Below, piece by piece: positions 1 to 13,865 of a stretch of 64,000 nucleotides of DNA; positions within the stretch are counted from its first letter, which is position 1, and every line of letters begins with the position of its first letter. Made by a program: the position numbers and the translations under genes. A model generated the notes under the pieces. It was not told the DNA's origin. It worked only from the letters and a program-made list of their open reading frames with translations, and did no database searches. Origin of the DNA: the human T2T-CHM13v2.0 reference genome, Homo sapiens; NCBI RefSeq assembly GCF_009914755.1, contig NC_060934.1; one strand, given 5' to 3'.

Positions 1-816
1 CATATATGACTTTTAGAAATAGGGTAGAATTTGGGGTGGGGGTGGGGACAATAATGAATAGATTTAAATCAATAAATACCATATATATGGTCTGTCTTCG
101 TTCCAATGTACAATCCTGAGGTCCACAGCATTTTGCTGATCATTAAAGTGCTTTGGAGAATGGTGCTTTCTTAGATGCACCATTCTCCAAAGTCCATGAG
201 AAAAGTCAATGGAATCCCAGCCCCAAGCTTCAAACAGTGTTTATGCATTAGCACAGATGCCAGCCCCACATTCCCCGTGCAAACCTGCCTAACTCTACCT
301 ACTATGAACCCCTGTAGCATTCACCATCTGGGTGTCTCATTTTGCATGGAACATTTGATGGCTCTTAAAAATAATAATACCAACCTTTCTAGGTGTTCTT
401 TGTATTTTTTCAACTCTTTTATAAGTCCCTGAAAGACAAATCTGTGCCCTTTGTATCCCCAGCATCAAGTTTAAGGCCCTCCCTATAGAAGGTTTCAAAA
501 TACTTTAATGATGCAGAGTCTCATGTATAAGCAGATATATGGCTCACTCCAAGTGAGGATAAGTATCCTGCAGTAGGAAATGACAAGGACAGTAGTTCAA
601 TTCAGCAAACATTGTTGATGTCTTCTTGGGGTCTTAGCTAAAAGAGACTGTAACAGAGAGGAGCTCCCAATTCCAAAGATAAATGTCATTGTGCTGGGCA
701 TTTGACCATTGTCAATGTGAGCTATAGTCATGGACGCAGGGAGTGGAGAAAATCTGAGAAGCCACAGTAATCAAGGTTTTAAAGGTGTAGACTTGCCATG
801 GGTTATGGAGAGAAAT

Positions 817-1017
817 AGGCTGGTGTGCTGGAGCCAGCTGTTAAATGCTCAAGAAAATTGCTAGAATTTTGAGAGCCAGTTGTTAAACCATTGAAATTGA
901 CTTAACTTGAAATTGGCTGTTGATAAAGTATTTGCACCATGGAAATCGGCTATTACTACAAATCAGAGCTCCTCCCCAACCTCATCCCACCCACATAGCT
1001 GGTTTGCCAGACCACTG
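817..1017. mobile_element. MER63-like hAT DNA transposon relic
   Basis: tggtgtgctggagccagc...gagagccagttgttaaaccattg...tacaaatcagagc...ggtttgccagaccactg, with inverted ends. Confidence 0.7.
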
Positions 1018-1429
1018 CTAGCCTCCAACCATCTGTGCTCAGGCAAGGGTAACTTTTGACCAAAAGCTTCCAGCTGACTGTGACCTTAAATGGCCTTATT
1101 ACACAAAGCAATGGTCTCTGCCAACAACTGCCTATGGTTCAAGGAGCAAAAGTTGAACTTTACCTGGAGCTAAGTGTGCTGAGAATCTTTGATCACTTCT
1201 TGCCCCCCTCAGCTAATCTGCCCACAGACATTGCTTATAGTCGCAGCTTTTCTTATAAAGAGCTACAACATGCATGCGAATGTAATATGCAACTTGAATT
1301 TGTAAATCTCTTTCACTATGAACTCTCAGAGCATTGCATGTGAATTAGATCAACCATTGTTCCCAATAGTGGCTCCCTGATGGGAAAGAAGCAGAACCAA
1401 GAATCAGATAGATGTCTGGGGTATTTGCA

Positions 1430-2600
1430 TGACACTTTCTTCTTGGATTTTTGCTGCCTTTATTTGCTATCTATCTACAGTATTTCTCTGGTTGACCTTA
1501 TCTAGTCCCTTGGCATTAAATTCCATGGTACACTGATGGTGCCCAAATGCAGCTATGATTTCTCCCCTGGGCTTCAGACTCATCCAACTTCTTCCTTGAT
1601 GTCTCCACTGGGATGTCCAATGAGCGTGTTGGAAACATTACATCAGCTCATGTCACTCCTCTGCCTCCAGTGGCTTCCCATCTCACCCCAAATACAGATC
1701 CATGAGATGGTCTGTTCTACACCCAACCCCACCCCATCACTCCTCAGGCCTCCTCTCCTGCGGCCCTTCCCCTTGAGGCTGGTCTCCTTGCTGTCTACCA
1801 AGGACAGGCTCTGCCATAGAGGAACTTGGCATGCCATCTCCCTGGGAAGTTCTCTCACCAAATGTCCTCCCTCACCTCCTCCAAGGTTAAACGGGCCTTC
1901 CTTGCCCACTGAACTTAAAATTACAACCTTCTTCACCCTCTCCCCTTTCCTTATCCCCTCCTCTTGTCCTCCTACTGATGCTCCTGTTTGTCATTCTCTC
2001 CTCCCCTGCAATGTAATCTCCTGAGGGCAAGAATTTTAGTCCGGCTTGTTCACCTATGTATCCCCAAGACCAAGTGCTGTTCCCAGCACAGAGGAGGGGC
2101 TCAGTAAATATGTGTTGAGTGAGTGAATGAAAATCTCAGTTTCTGTGCTTAAGCTTGCTTCTCTTCCAGTCTTCATCTCTGCTAATGGATTCACCGTTTC
2201 ACATAGGAGCTCAGGATAAAACCCTGAGCTATCTTCATCCTCTACATCTAAAATGTTGGCAGTGCTGATAGCTCGGCCATCAGAGTAGATGCTGGATCTC
2301 ATCACCGGCCTCCCCTTCTCTGCAATCACCATAGACCAAGCCACCCTCATCCCAGCTGGACAACTGCAACCACTTCCTACCTGGATTTCCTGCTTCTAGG
2401 CTCACCTGTCTCCCATATACCCCCCACACATTACCAGAGTTATCTTTTAAAAATATCAAACACAACACTTGACTCCTCTGCCAAAAACCTCCCAAAGGCT
2501 TCTCAGTACACTTAGTATAAAATCTATGCTACCTGACTTGGCAGCCGCTGACTTCTCCAGGCTCTTCCCTGACACCCTAACACTTTCCCTATTTTCTTTG
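1430..2600 (+). mobile_element. Fragmented L2 LINE pieces
   Basis: L2-type 3' end (ctcagtaaatatgtgttgagtgagtgaatg, ~2100-2130) and pyrimidine-rich L2 body motifs. Confidence 0.55.
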
Positions 2601-3857
2601 CTTTTGCCATGTTGGTTCTCTCACTCCACAGTGTGTATTAAAGGCCCACAATGTGGCAGGGCTGTTCTAGGTGTTTGGGATATATCATGGAACAAAACAG
2701 GAACATGTTTATACCCTTGCGGAGCTTCCATTCTACTGGTGAGAAATAAATAACAAGCAATAGACATGATATTAATTAATTATGTAGCATGTAAGAAGGT
2801 GATGAGTGCTGTGGAAAATAAAGTGAAATTAATGAGGACTGCAAGTGTTGAGCTGGGGCTATGGGAGGGCAGGCTATAGTATTAAACAGATCGGCACCGA
2901 GGATGCAAGACACAAGCAAAGACGAGGGCGCTGGGCCACCCGGGGCATCTTGCTGTTCCTAGAGCAAGCTGGGGTGGGCTCCTGCTGTGTCCACTCAGCA
3001 AAGCTGGAGCTCCATTTCTATTCCCCTCCCTGCACGGTTCCAGGTTGGTGTGGCCCACAGGGGATATTGTGCTCAAGATTTGGAAGACAGAAACGCAGCA
3101 GCAGCCTTCTTCTTTTTGTGAGGAAGGTCGTTGCAGGGCTCCAGGTGCTGTTGCAGCTCGCGCACGCTGAGACTCCCCCACTGGCTCATGCTGTTGGCCA
3201 GCAGCTGGGCCACGGCTCCTCTGGTTCCCACAGGATCACTTCCTTCAGCTCCTGTGGCTCCTGGCCAGGTGCACACTCAGCCCCTAGACCAAGTGCACCG
3301 AGGGTGGAGGCTTGAAGGCATTGAGGAACCAGTGAGGTTGGAGCTCATCCCTGTCCTCACTTCCCTCACTTCTCTCCCCACGTGCCTGCCCTGCTGACTT
3401 CAGAGGCAAAAACAACAGCCTCACATGGACTAGCTGATCAGCTCCCACAGCTCACCATCTGGCTAACCTGTGAACTAACTCACTCATTCACTCACTAAAT
3501 AAATGGACTTTCATAGTGATTTGATATAGGGATAATATTTGTTTTATTATACTTACTATATACAGAATGGATGGCTTCTTATCATTTAATCTATGGTCAT
3601 ATGTCACCCCTTATAAAAATCTTATCTAAGTATCTAAAATAAAAGCCTCTGCAATCACCACATGCCTTCTTACCTGTTTTATTTTCTTTATGGCATACAT
3701 TACCCATGAGATATATATTTTCTTTTAGTTTATTTGATTACTTGTTTAATTGGCCCCATCCTATTCATTGCTCTCTCACCAGTGCTTAGAACACAGCCTG
3801 CACATGGTAAGAATTCGAAAAGTAATGATCAAATAAATGTGTTCAATGTCTTTTTTT

Positions 3858-4163
<306 letters not shown>

Positions 4164-4590
4164 TTATTTGAGTGGCTGTCAACAGGTTTCTGAATACCTA
4201 AATAAACTAAAATGGTTTCAATTGCAGACGTTTTGAATGCAAATCTCACAACAGCATAATGGAAAACTCTAGCATTTTATTCATAAAATCTATAAATGGA
4301 AATCAAACCATTTTTATGGATTACAATAGTCAAAATTACTTTTTATCAACAGACAAATTTTAAAAGCACAACCAAACCAAAAGCAAACCTTTTATTGTAT
4401 CATACCATTCATTTTGCATACAAAAAAGTTTCCTGTTTTTCTTAGTAATAAGTACTGAAATAATCACAAGATACCGCTTCTGTTAGTAAATTACACTCAA
4501 CTCCAGGAACATCTGAGTAAAAGCCAATGTTTGATACTATCTGGCTAGCAGGAAATTGAACTAAAGTTTTTTCCTACCAAGAAAATATAG

Positions 4591-4850
4591 GGCCAGGCAT
4601 GGTGGCCCATGTCTGGAATCCCAACACTTTGGGAGGCCAAAGTGGGAGGATCACTTTAGCCTAGGAGTTTGAGACCAGCCTGGGCAACATAGGAAGACTC
4701 CATCTCTACAAAAAATAAAGAGTTAACTGGGCATGGTGGTGCATGCCCATAGTCTCAGCTACTCAGGAGACTGAGGTGGGAAGACGTCTTGAGCCAGGGA
4801 GCCACTCTGGGTGCCACAGTGGGACCCTGTCTCAAATAATAAATAAATAC
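4591..4850 (+). mobile_element. Old Alu (AluJ-type) with right-arm deletion
   Basis: ggccaggcatggtggc start; right arm shortened after gagccaggga. Confidence 0.88.
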
Positions 4851-6086
4851 ATATTTTAAAGATACAAGATTAGAAGATTCTTTAAGTTATACTAAAGCAG
4901 AACAGTGCTTTAAAACACATGTCTACGTTTAACATTTTAACGATTTCAAACCAAAGAAGCTTCCAAATCAAAACTTCTTTTGCCAATTCTGCAATAGAAT
5001 GGGGGTAATTTTTGCCCAGTAACCCATTTCAATTGTCATTAATCATTCCTTCTGTACATTAGGCTGATGTTTGGCCACTTTGCTCTTCTTTCCTTTAGAG
5101 TCTGTGCTGGGAGCATCTCACTCCACTATAGATCTGCACTAGGAGAACCCAGTGTTTTCTTACTGTGGCCTCTCTCTTCAGTTCCCTCCTAGACATATTT
5201 GTTTGTTCATTCATGCATTCAACCAATATGAATTGATCCTCTCCTGTGTTCCAGAGGCTGGTTGAGTTTCAAGGTTCTTTCCTTGGAAGAGCTCCTTGCT
5301 TTTCGGGCCCATAAATGTTGCACCATTGACCCCAAGCAGTAAGTCGAGCCCTTGCTTGGTTTCCTGGGCGTTGGCACAGAGATCTTCTGGGGCGTAAACA
5401 CTTCCTGCTACTATTCCTGCAATTCTCAGCCGCTAATTTCTATTTGTCCTTGGTTAAGTGCTCTTCCTTCCCATTTTTGTCCCTGCCCTTTTAAAATCTG
5501 AGAGCATCAGAGAATTTCCTATGCAGTCCCTGGTTTTATTAGTTCCCTTCCCCTTTTCTTCCACAGCAGAATCACTTGCAATGGCAGATTTAGAGTGACA
5601 TTTCAGAGAGCATCCCAACTCTCTTGAGATATCATTCATCTGAAAGTCCCTGAACGTAACATCTGGCCTATCTCTCCTCTGATCTTCGGGAAATCTGCTT
5701 CTCTAAGCCTAGAATGCATGTTTAACTATAAAACTTTCCCCATTCTCAGTTATCATGAGCTCAAAAACTAATTTTGGGTCCAAGCAGCCATGGATTTGAA
5801 TCCTAACTCCATACTTATTGGCAATATCACCTCACCAAGACATTTGTACCTGAGTTTTCTCAAATTTACAAAAGGGAACTAACTACTCCAAAGACTGTAT
5901 TTTCCAAAGGTGGCCACATGAGTAAATATATATATGTGTGTGTTTCATCCTATAGGCTTCTCCTACAATGTGATATTGACCCTCCTCTATCTACGCAAGA
6001 AGGATGCTATGCAACTTCTAATACTGAACCAGAAAAGGCAACGGAGCTGCTGCCTGGTTCTCTCTCAGGACATGTACCTCTGGAAT

Positions 6087-6260
6087 AGGGTTGCAAGGTT
6101 TAGCAATTAAGAATACAGGACCCTCATTTAAATTTAAATTTTAGAAAAACAACAAATAATTTTGCAGTATATCACAAACATTGCGTGGGTCATACTGAAA
6201 AATTTTCTATCATTTCTCTGAAATTTAGTCTTTAATTGGGTGTATTTTATCTGGCAACTC
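6087..6260. mobile_element. MER53 palindromic DNA-transposon MITE
   Basis: agggttgcaagg... / ...tctggcaactc inverted termini with AT-rich palindromic interior. Confidence 0.75.
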
Positions 6261-6379
6261 CACTTTGGAGACCAGAACCACAATGTCAGCAGTTTGGCTA
6301 TACCCTGAGGTTACTAGCTCTTCCGCTTCCTCAATGTTGGAGTGTTCCCAGCCCAAGCACCAGACATTTGCACTAAGAA

Positions 6380-6590
6380 GCCTTCAGGAACCAGCGCATC
6401 TCCAGCTCTCTCCGATTCTCCTCCCTCTGTCTTAGAAAGACCCTTGTGATTACATGGGGTCCACTCAGATAATTCAGGATAATCTCTCCATCTCGAGGTC
6501 CTTAACTTGACCACATCTGCAAAGTGTTTTTTGGCCACGTAAAGTAACATGTTCACATGTTCCAAGGATTAGAAAGTGTGATGACTTATG
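6380..6590 (-). mobile_element. MLT1 (MaLR) LTR fragment
   Basis: cccttgtgattacatggggtccac...gataatctc...ccacatctgcaaagt. Confidence 0.7.
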
Positions 6591-6714
6591 TTTAGAAAGA
6601 AGAAGAGAATCAGCCAGAATCTAATCCCACTCTGTCTGCAGTCTCAGGATTCTTGCCTTCAGGATTAAATCTGTCTGTGTTTTATAGTGAGAAAGACACA
6701 AGACACCCATCTGT

Positions 6715-7115
6715 GATAGAGACTGTTAGCTTTCACCAAACCCATTTCCTCTTCTTCCTAGGCAGCATCCAGACAGCATATCTCAGACCACCTTGCCACT
6801 GGCTGTGGCCTGCGACTGAGGTCACCAGTGGAATGTGAGTAGGTGATGTGGCCACATCCAACTTGCCTTCCCCCAAATCTCTTGTGTTTGTGACTGCATA
6901 TGTTCTTTACCCTTCCATTGGTTTGATGCAGAAAATTTTGACAACCTTGGAAGCCGTATGTTGGGGACACCAAAAAATGGGAGGAGCCTGGGTCCCTGAA
7001 TCCTTGCTTGGGGGAGAATTGCCAGCCAATCAAGAACACCTGTTTTGGACTTTATGCCACCAAGAAACTTCTATTGCATTGAGCAATTGTACATTTTGGA
7101 GTCGTTTATCACAGT
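6715..7115 (+). mobile_element. Old MLT1-type LTR
   Basis: ggagcctgggtccctgaa...ttttggacttt...gtttatcacagtagct, typical MLT1 motifs. Confidence 0.5.
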
Positions 7116-7526
7116 AGCTGGCATTATTTTGAGGTGGCACACCATGCAATTTCCAAATATTTTGGGTAAGCATAACCTGTTTTGCAGACAGGCACACCAT
7201 GTAGGAAGTTGATTGGAGTTTTAGATTTCACTACGAACACAGCAGGTTTTATAAACATGCCTAGAAGAATGGATCTTTGCGGATTTTCCTGGCTCAGCCC
7301 AATTAAAGCCACTGCTGATGCAACAAACCCTGTTCTCGGTGCATTACATAACTTATATTAACAAAAACAGCACCTTTTTCATATTTTCACTGTGGTCTAA
7401 ATCTGAATGAGGAAATCATTTAATTCTCTTTGACTTTGTCAAAACACAGTTTCTCTGGACACAATCATCCAAACATTCTTTGGTGTCCAAGAGAAACACC
7501 AATACACTTGTCTCCCCACCTAAGAT

Positions 7527-7640
7527 TGGGGTGACCAATCATCTCAGTTTGCCCGAGATTGAAGGGGTTCCTGGAATGTGAGACTTTCTGTTTTAAAAGG
7601 GGGACAGTCCCAGGCCAATGGGTGAGAGTTAGTGCAACAT
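7527..7640. mobile_element. MER94-like hAT relic
   Basis: ggggtgaccaatcatctcagtttgccc...gggacagtcccagg. Confidence 0.6.
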
Positions 7641-8233
7641 ACTACACTGCTAGAGTCAAGTAGCAGTGCCTCCAGCACATAACATCTAGCACATACATTA
7701 CAAAGAAGAGAGACTTTTTCCTTCTTCTACCAAGAAAGGCACAATCTCAATTTAGGAAGTAAGTTCCCTTAAGGCACCACTGACTGGGAATATTTGAGTG
7801 TTGGATTCATCCAATGGTTGTATCCAGGCCCTCACAAAGGCCAAAGGAGAATGAAGTTGGACTGGCTGAAGATGTGTTCCCAGCTTTCCCTTTCGCACAG
7901 CAAAGCAGGCAGGTCGCTCTGAATACTATGACAACAGGCTCCAGGCAGGATGATAGTGCTGCAGAGGGCTGGTGGGTACAGATGGCAGCCAGGAGGGCTC
8001 TATTACAGGGGCAGCAGCTGTCTGGGAGGGGAGGGGTGGGCACTGAGCATGCCTGCCTGCTCTTCCGCCTGGGGTCTCCATGTCACCTAACTCGAACACT
8101 TGTCACTGGATTGGCCCATGTGGCAGCTCCTGAAAAATCGGACTCCTAACTCATCTGTGTGGTACCTACCCCACAGGGCTGTGCATCCCTCCTCAAGGCC
8201 TCTGAGTCTCATGTCTTTAAGAGTAACTTACGG

Positions 8234-8930
<697 letters not shown>

Positions 8931-9510
8931 CGGATTTCTCTTTATATTTCCTCACTTTGTAAACTCAGTTCTATTTTTTAAAAGAAATTGCATATCATCA
9001 ACATAAATGAAAAACCAGTATCACTTGGCAGAAACATAACAGTCATAAAAAATTAAGTACCATGAAAGCAAAGGAGTATTATTAGATTCCTGCTTGACGT
9101 AATTTCAGATGGAAGGCTCCAAGTCTGAAGCCTGTTCTGTCTTGAATAAAAAGAGACAGTAGCAGAAGTTAAGAGATGCCATCGACATACTCATACCACA
9201 TGGAGACTTTCTCCTTATTAACTGAAAGAGAATTGAAAAAGAATAGTGTTCTCACTCTGAAATTCACTGTTATTTAACCTGTGTTTTGTGCCACCGAAAG
9301 TCATCTCACAGTCAGTGGGTAATCTGATTTCACTTTAAATGTATTATCTCCAGTGGTCCTCAACATAGCCTGATAGTTTAATTCTTTCTCTTTCTAGTAA
9401 GCATATTTTCCCACTGAACAAGATACTATTCCCAAACATTTTCTCTCTTTCTACACCCCAGTTGTCAACTGCTAATCTTGCCTCACATATATTTTAAAAA
9501 ATAAAAACAT

Positions 9511-9915
<405 letters not shown>

Positions 9916-10057
9916 CTATCAACAGCCAAACTCTACCAACAGCCAACGGGTATCCTGGATCACCCATTCTCCCTGCCTCCTCTAGGGCTTTGCTACTATG
10001 ACCAGCTCCCTCCCTTCCTTCTTCCAAATTAGTGCGTAAGTATATTCATACCTGTAA

Positions 10058-10264
<207 letters not shown>

Positions 10265-10279
10265 CATACCTCTAATCTT

Positions 10280-11340
10280 AAAGAAAACCTCCCTTTGTGT
10301 CCTTTTTCTGCTACGACTTTATTTATCTGCTCCTCTCATCCAAACTTCTCAGAGGAATTGTTCCCGTGCTCACTGTATCTGTCTCCTTTCCACTCCTTAA
10401 CCCACCACAATCCAGCTCTTACTCTTCTCACTTTGTCATTCCACTGAAACTGTGCTGGTCAAGACCTCTAGCTTCTTACCCTCCCCTGAAGACACTCTTT
10501 TTTCTTGGCTTCTGTGGCATCCACATTCTTGGCTTTCCTTCTGCTCTATGTCTACCTCTCCCGAGTTTCTTTTGCAAGACCCTTTTCCTCCATTCAACTT
10601 TCAAATGTTGGAGTCCACCAAAGCTTAGCCTTGAGCCCTCTCTCTATTCTCTCTCTAGGGGACCTTAGAATTCCCACAGGTGTAAGTATCAGCCATAGGC
10701 CATAAATGCCCAAATTTGCTTCTCCTGCCTGAGCTGAACCTTTGAACTCTTCCTGGCTTGCACAGATCTCTATTTGAATGCCTTACAAGCATCTTAGATA
10801 TCACATATCCAAAAATAAACTTGTGAGTTTTTCCTCCACACCAGTTATTCCCTAGTCTTTCTCATTTTAGCAAAAGGCACCACCATCCACCCAATGTCTG
10901 AACCAGAAACCTGGGAGTCAAGCTTGATTCTCTCTTTTTCTCTTCCACTCTCATCTTCTGTGGTTACCTCTAAGATACGTCCCCAACCCATCTTCTTCTC
11001 TCCACCTGCACTGTTTCCTCCCTAATTCAAGCCACCATCATCTCTTTTCTGGACTGGTGCAATAAACTCAATATCCCCAATACTCCAGAGGTATCTTTTA
11101 GACATATCATGTCACTTCCTTCCTTGAAGGCCATCTGTGGCTTCCCAGTGGATATAGAATGAAACCCAAAACTCTTACTACCAAACTGCAAAGCCCTACA
11201 AGTTCCACTTCTGCCAACCTTTCCAACCCCATCAAATTTCTCTTTCAACCTCTCCCTTACTACCTTGCAACCCCCACTGGCTTTCAATAAACAAATGACT
11301 TTGAGGAAATGAGTGAATGAAATGAATGAATGAATAAAGT
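10280..11340 (+). mobile_element. L2 LINE fragments
   Basis: ggcaccaccatccaccca...agaaacctgggagtc...ctggactggtgcaat, ending in a tgaatgaatgaa tail. Confidence 0.7.
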
Positions 11341-11622
11341 GCCAAGATTTATAGGGAAGCAAACCTTGAAGCAAGGTTTTCAGATAAAAATTTAAGAATA
11401 ATTAAAAGCTTTTACAGGAAAAATACATATAAAAATAAGAGTGTCATCCTAAAATGAATAAAAAGTATTCATTTCAAATTTTCCCAAAGGTACTTGAATA
11501 GCACATATACCCATTCCTGAAAATTTCAGAACATCTTGGTTTGAAACAATGTTTACACCGATCTACCTGAGAGAGTGGGTACCTATTTGCTTCAGACACA
11601 CAATCACTGTCAATATTCCTAA

Positions 11623-11973
<351 letters not shown>

Positions 11974-12329
11974 AAGAAAGCCACCACACACTTGCTATGA
12001 CTTTGTATAAGCAGCTCAAGATCTCAGTGTCTCTACTTGCCTTTGTCTCTCCTACTCTCAGCGTTGCTATTACAACAAGAAAAATCATTTCCAAGATGTT
12101 ACCTTATTTTGGAGAAAGTGTCACATACATAAATCCACACCAATATAGAAAAAGTCTGACACTGAATAATGAGAGATTTGTATGTCTTAGGAGTGTCTGA
12201 ATTGATTCTCTTAATAGAGTGAACTATAGTTATAATGAGGGTTCGAAGGGTGGCCTTCTTGAATTATATATAAATATATGTTGGAGCAAATATTTAAGAA
12301 AGTTTTAATATCTTAATTAGAAGCTACTT

Positions 12330-12920
12330 TGACTCGAAAGATTAAACATAGTTATCATAGGACTTAGTAATTCCACTCCCAGATATATACCAGAATTGAA
12401 AACACACATCCACACCAAGATTTGTATGCAAATGTCCACAGCATTATTATTCATAATAGCCAAAAAGTAGAGACAACCCACATGTTTATCAACTGGTGAG
12501 TGGATGAAGCATATGTGGTATATTTATATAATGGAGTATTATTCGGCAATATAAAGAAATGAAGTTCTGATACATGCTGCCACATGGATGAACCTTGAAA
12601 GCACTTAGTCTACTACGTGAAAGAAGCCAGTGACAAAGGACCACAATTATATTATTTCTATTATATGACATCTCCAGAATAGGCAAACCTGTAGAGAGAA
12701 AGTAGATTGGTGGTTCCTTAAGGCTGGAGGTGATGAAGGGCACGGAGGATTAGGGAGTAATGGTTAAGGGATACAGGCTTTCTTGTAGCTATGATGACAA
12801 TGTTCTATAATTGTGGCAATGATTGTGCAACCTTGTGATATACTAAAAGCCACTGAATTGTACTTTTTAAATGAGTAAGTAGTATTATATGTGAATTATA
12901 TCTCAATAAAGTTGTTAAAA
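12330..12920 (+). mobile_element. Old L1 (L1M) 3' end
   Basis: ttattcataatagccaaaaagtag...atggatgaaccttgaaa...gtgaattatatctcaataaa. Confidence 0.85.
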
Positions 12921-12947
12921 GCAATAATTACAGCCCACTGTCCCTAA

Positions 12948-13151
<204 letters not shown>

Positions 13152-13194
13152 TAATTTAATCAAGACTGAGTTGTTAAATGCCATCATAAATATT

Positions 13195-13348
13195 TATTTG
13201 TTTTAAGTTTATTATTACCATTATTTTGTAGAGATAGAGTCTAACTATGTTGCCCAAGCTTGTCTTGAACTCCCGGCCTCAAGCAATCCTCCCACCTCAG
13301 CCTCGCAAAGTGCTAGGATTACAGACATGAGCCGCCATGCCCATCCTA
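13195..13348 (-). mobile_element. Alu left monomer (FLAM-like)
   Basis: gtagagatagagtct...gagccgccatgccc. Confidence 0.85.
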
Positions 13349-13521
13349 GATTTTTTTAGTGATATGAAATCAGTTAACAGAGTTGATTAAACAGTTGATG
13401 TTTATAAACTGGTGGGTCGCATTGCTGAGGCTTTTATTCGTGTGCTTACTTGTAATTACCTTCCTTGACCTGCCTCTAGGGTGAACTTTTAACATTAGTC
13501 AAGAAGTTGCCATTTTCAGGC

Positions 13522-13865
13522 TGTCTTTGTCAGTTTGGACTGTACTAGTACCATAGACTGGGTGGCTTATAAACAGAAATTTCTCATAGTTCTGATGGCT
13601 GGCAGTCTGAGATCAGGGTGCCAGCATGGTTGAGTTCTGGCAAGCACCCTCTTCTAGGTTGCACTGCTGACTTATTGTATCCTCATGTGGAGGAAAGAGG
13701 GCAGGAAAGTTCTCTGGAATTCCTTTCATAAGGGCACCAATCCCATTCATGAGGGCTGTACCCTCATGACCCAATTACCTCACAAAGGCCCCTTCTCCTA
13801 ATATCATCACATTAGGGGTTTGTGTTTTAACACGGGGATTTGAAGAGGATGTGTTTAGTCTAAAA
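13522..13865 (-). mobile_element. MaLR LTR (MLT1A/MST-like)
   Basis: taccatagactgggtggcttataaac...gagatcagggtgccagcatgg...ccctcatgaccca. Confidence 0.8.

Noticed and set aside
2845-3560. GC-richer block with overlapping ORFs
   Set aside because: Looks like a degraded ERVL-type LTR rather than an exon; family could not be assigned confidently, so it is not listed as a feature.
6087-6260. MER53 hairpin as a possible miR-1302-family precursor
   Set aside because: The segment corresponding to the mature miRNA is degenerate and partly deleted, and the arms are diverged.
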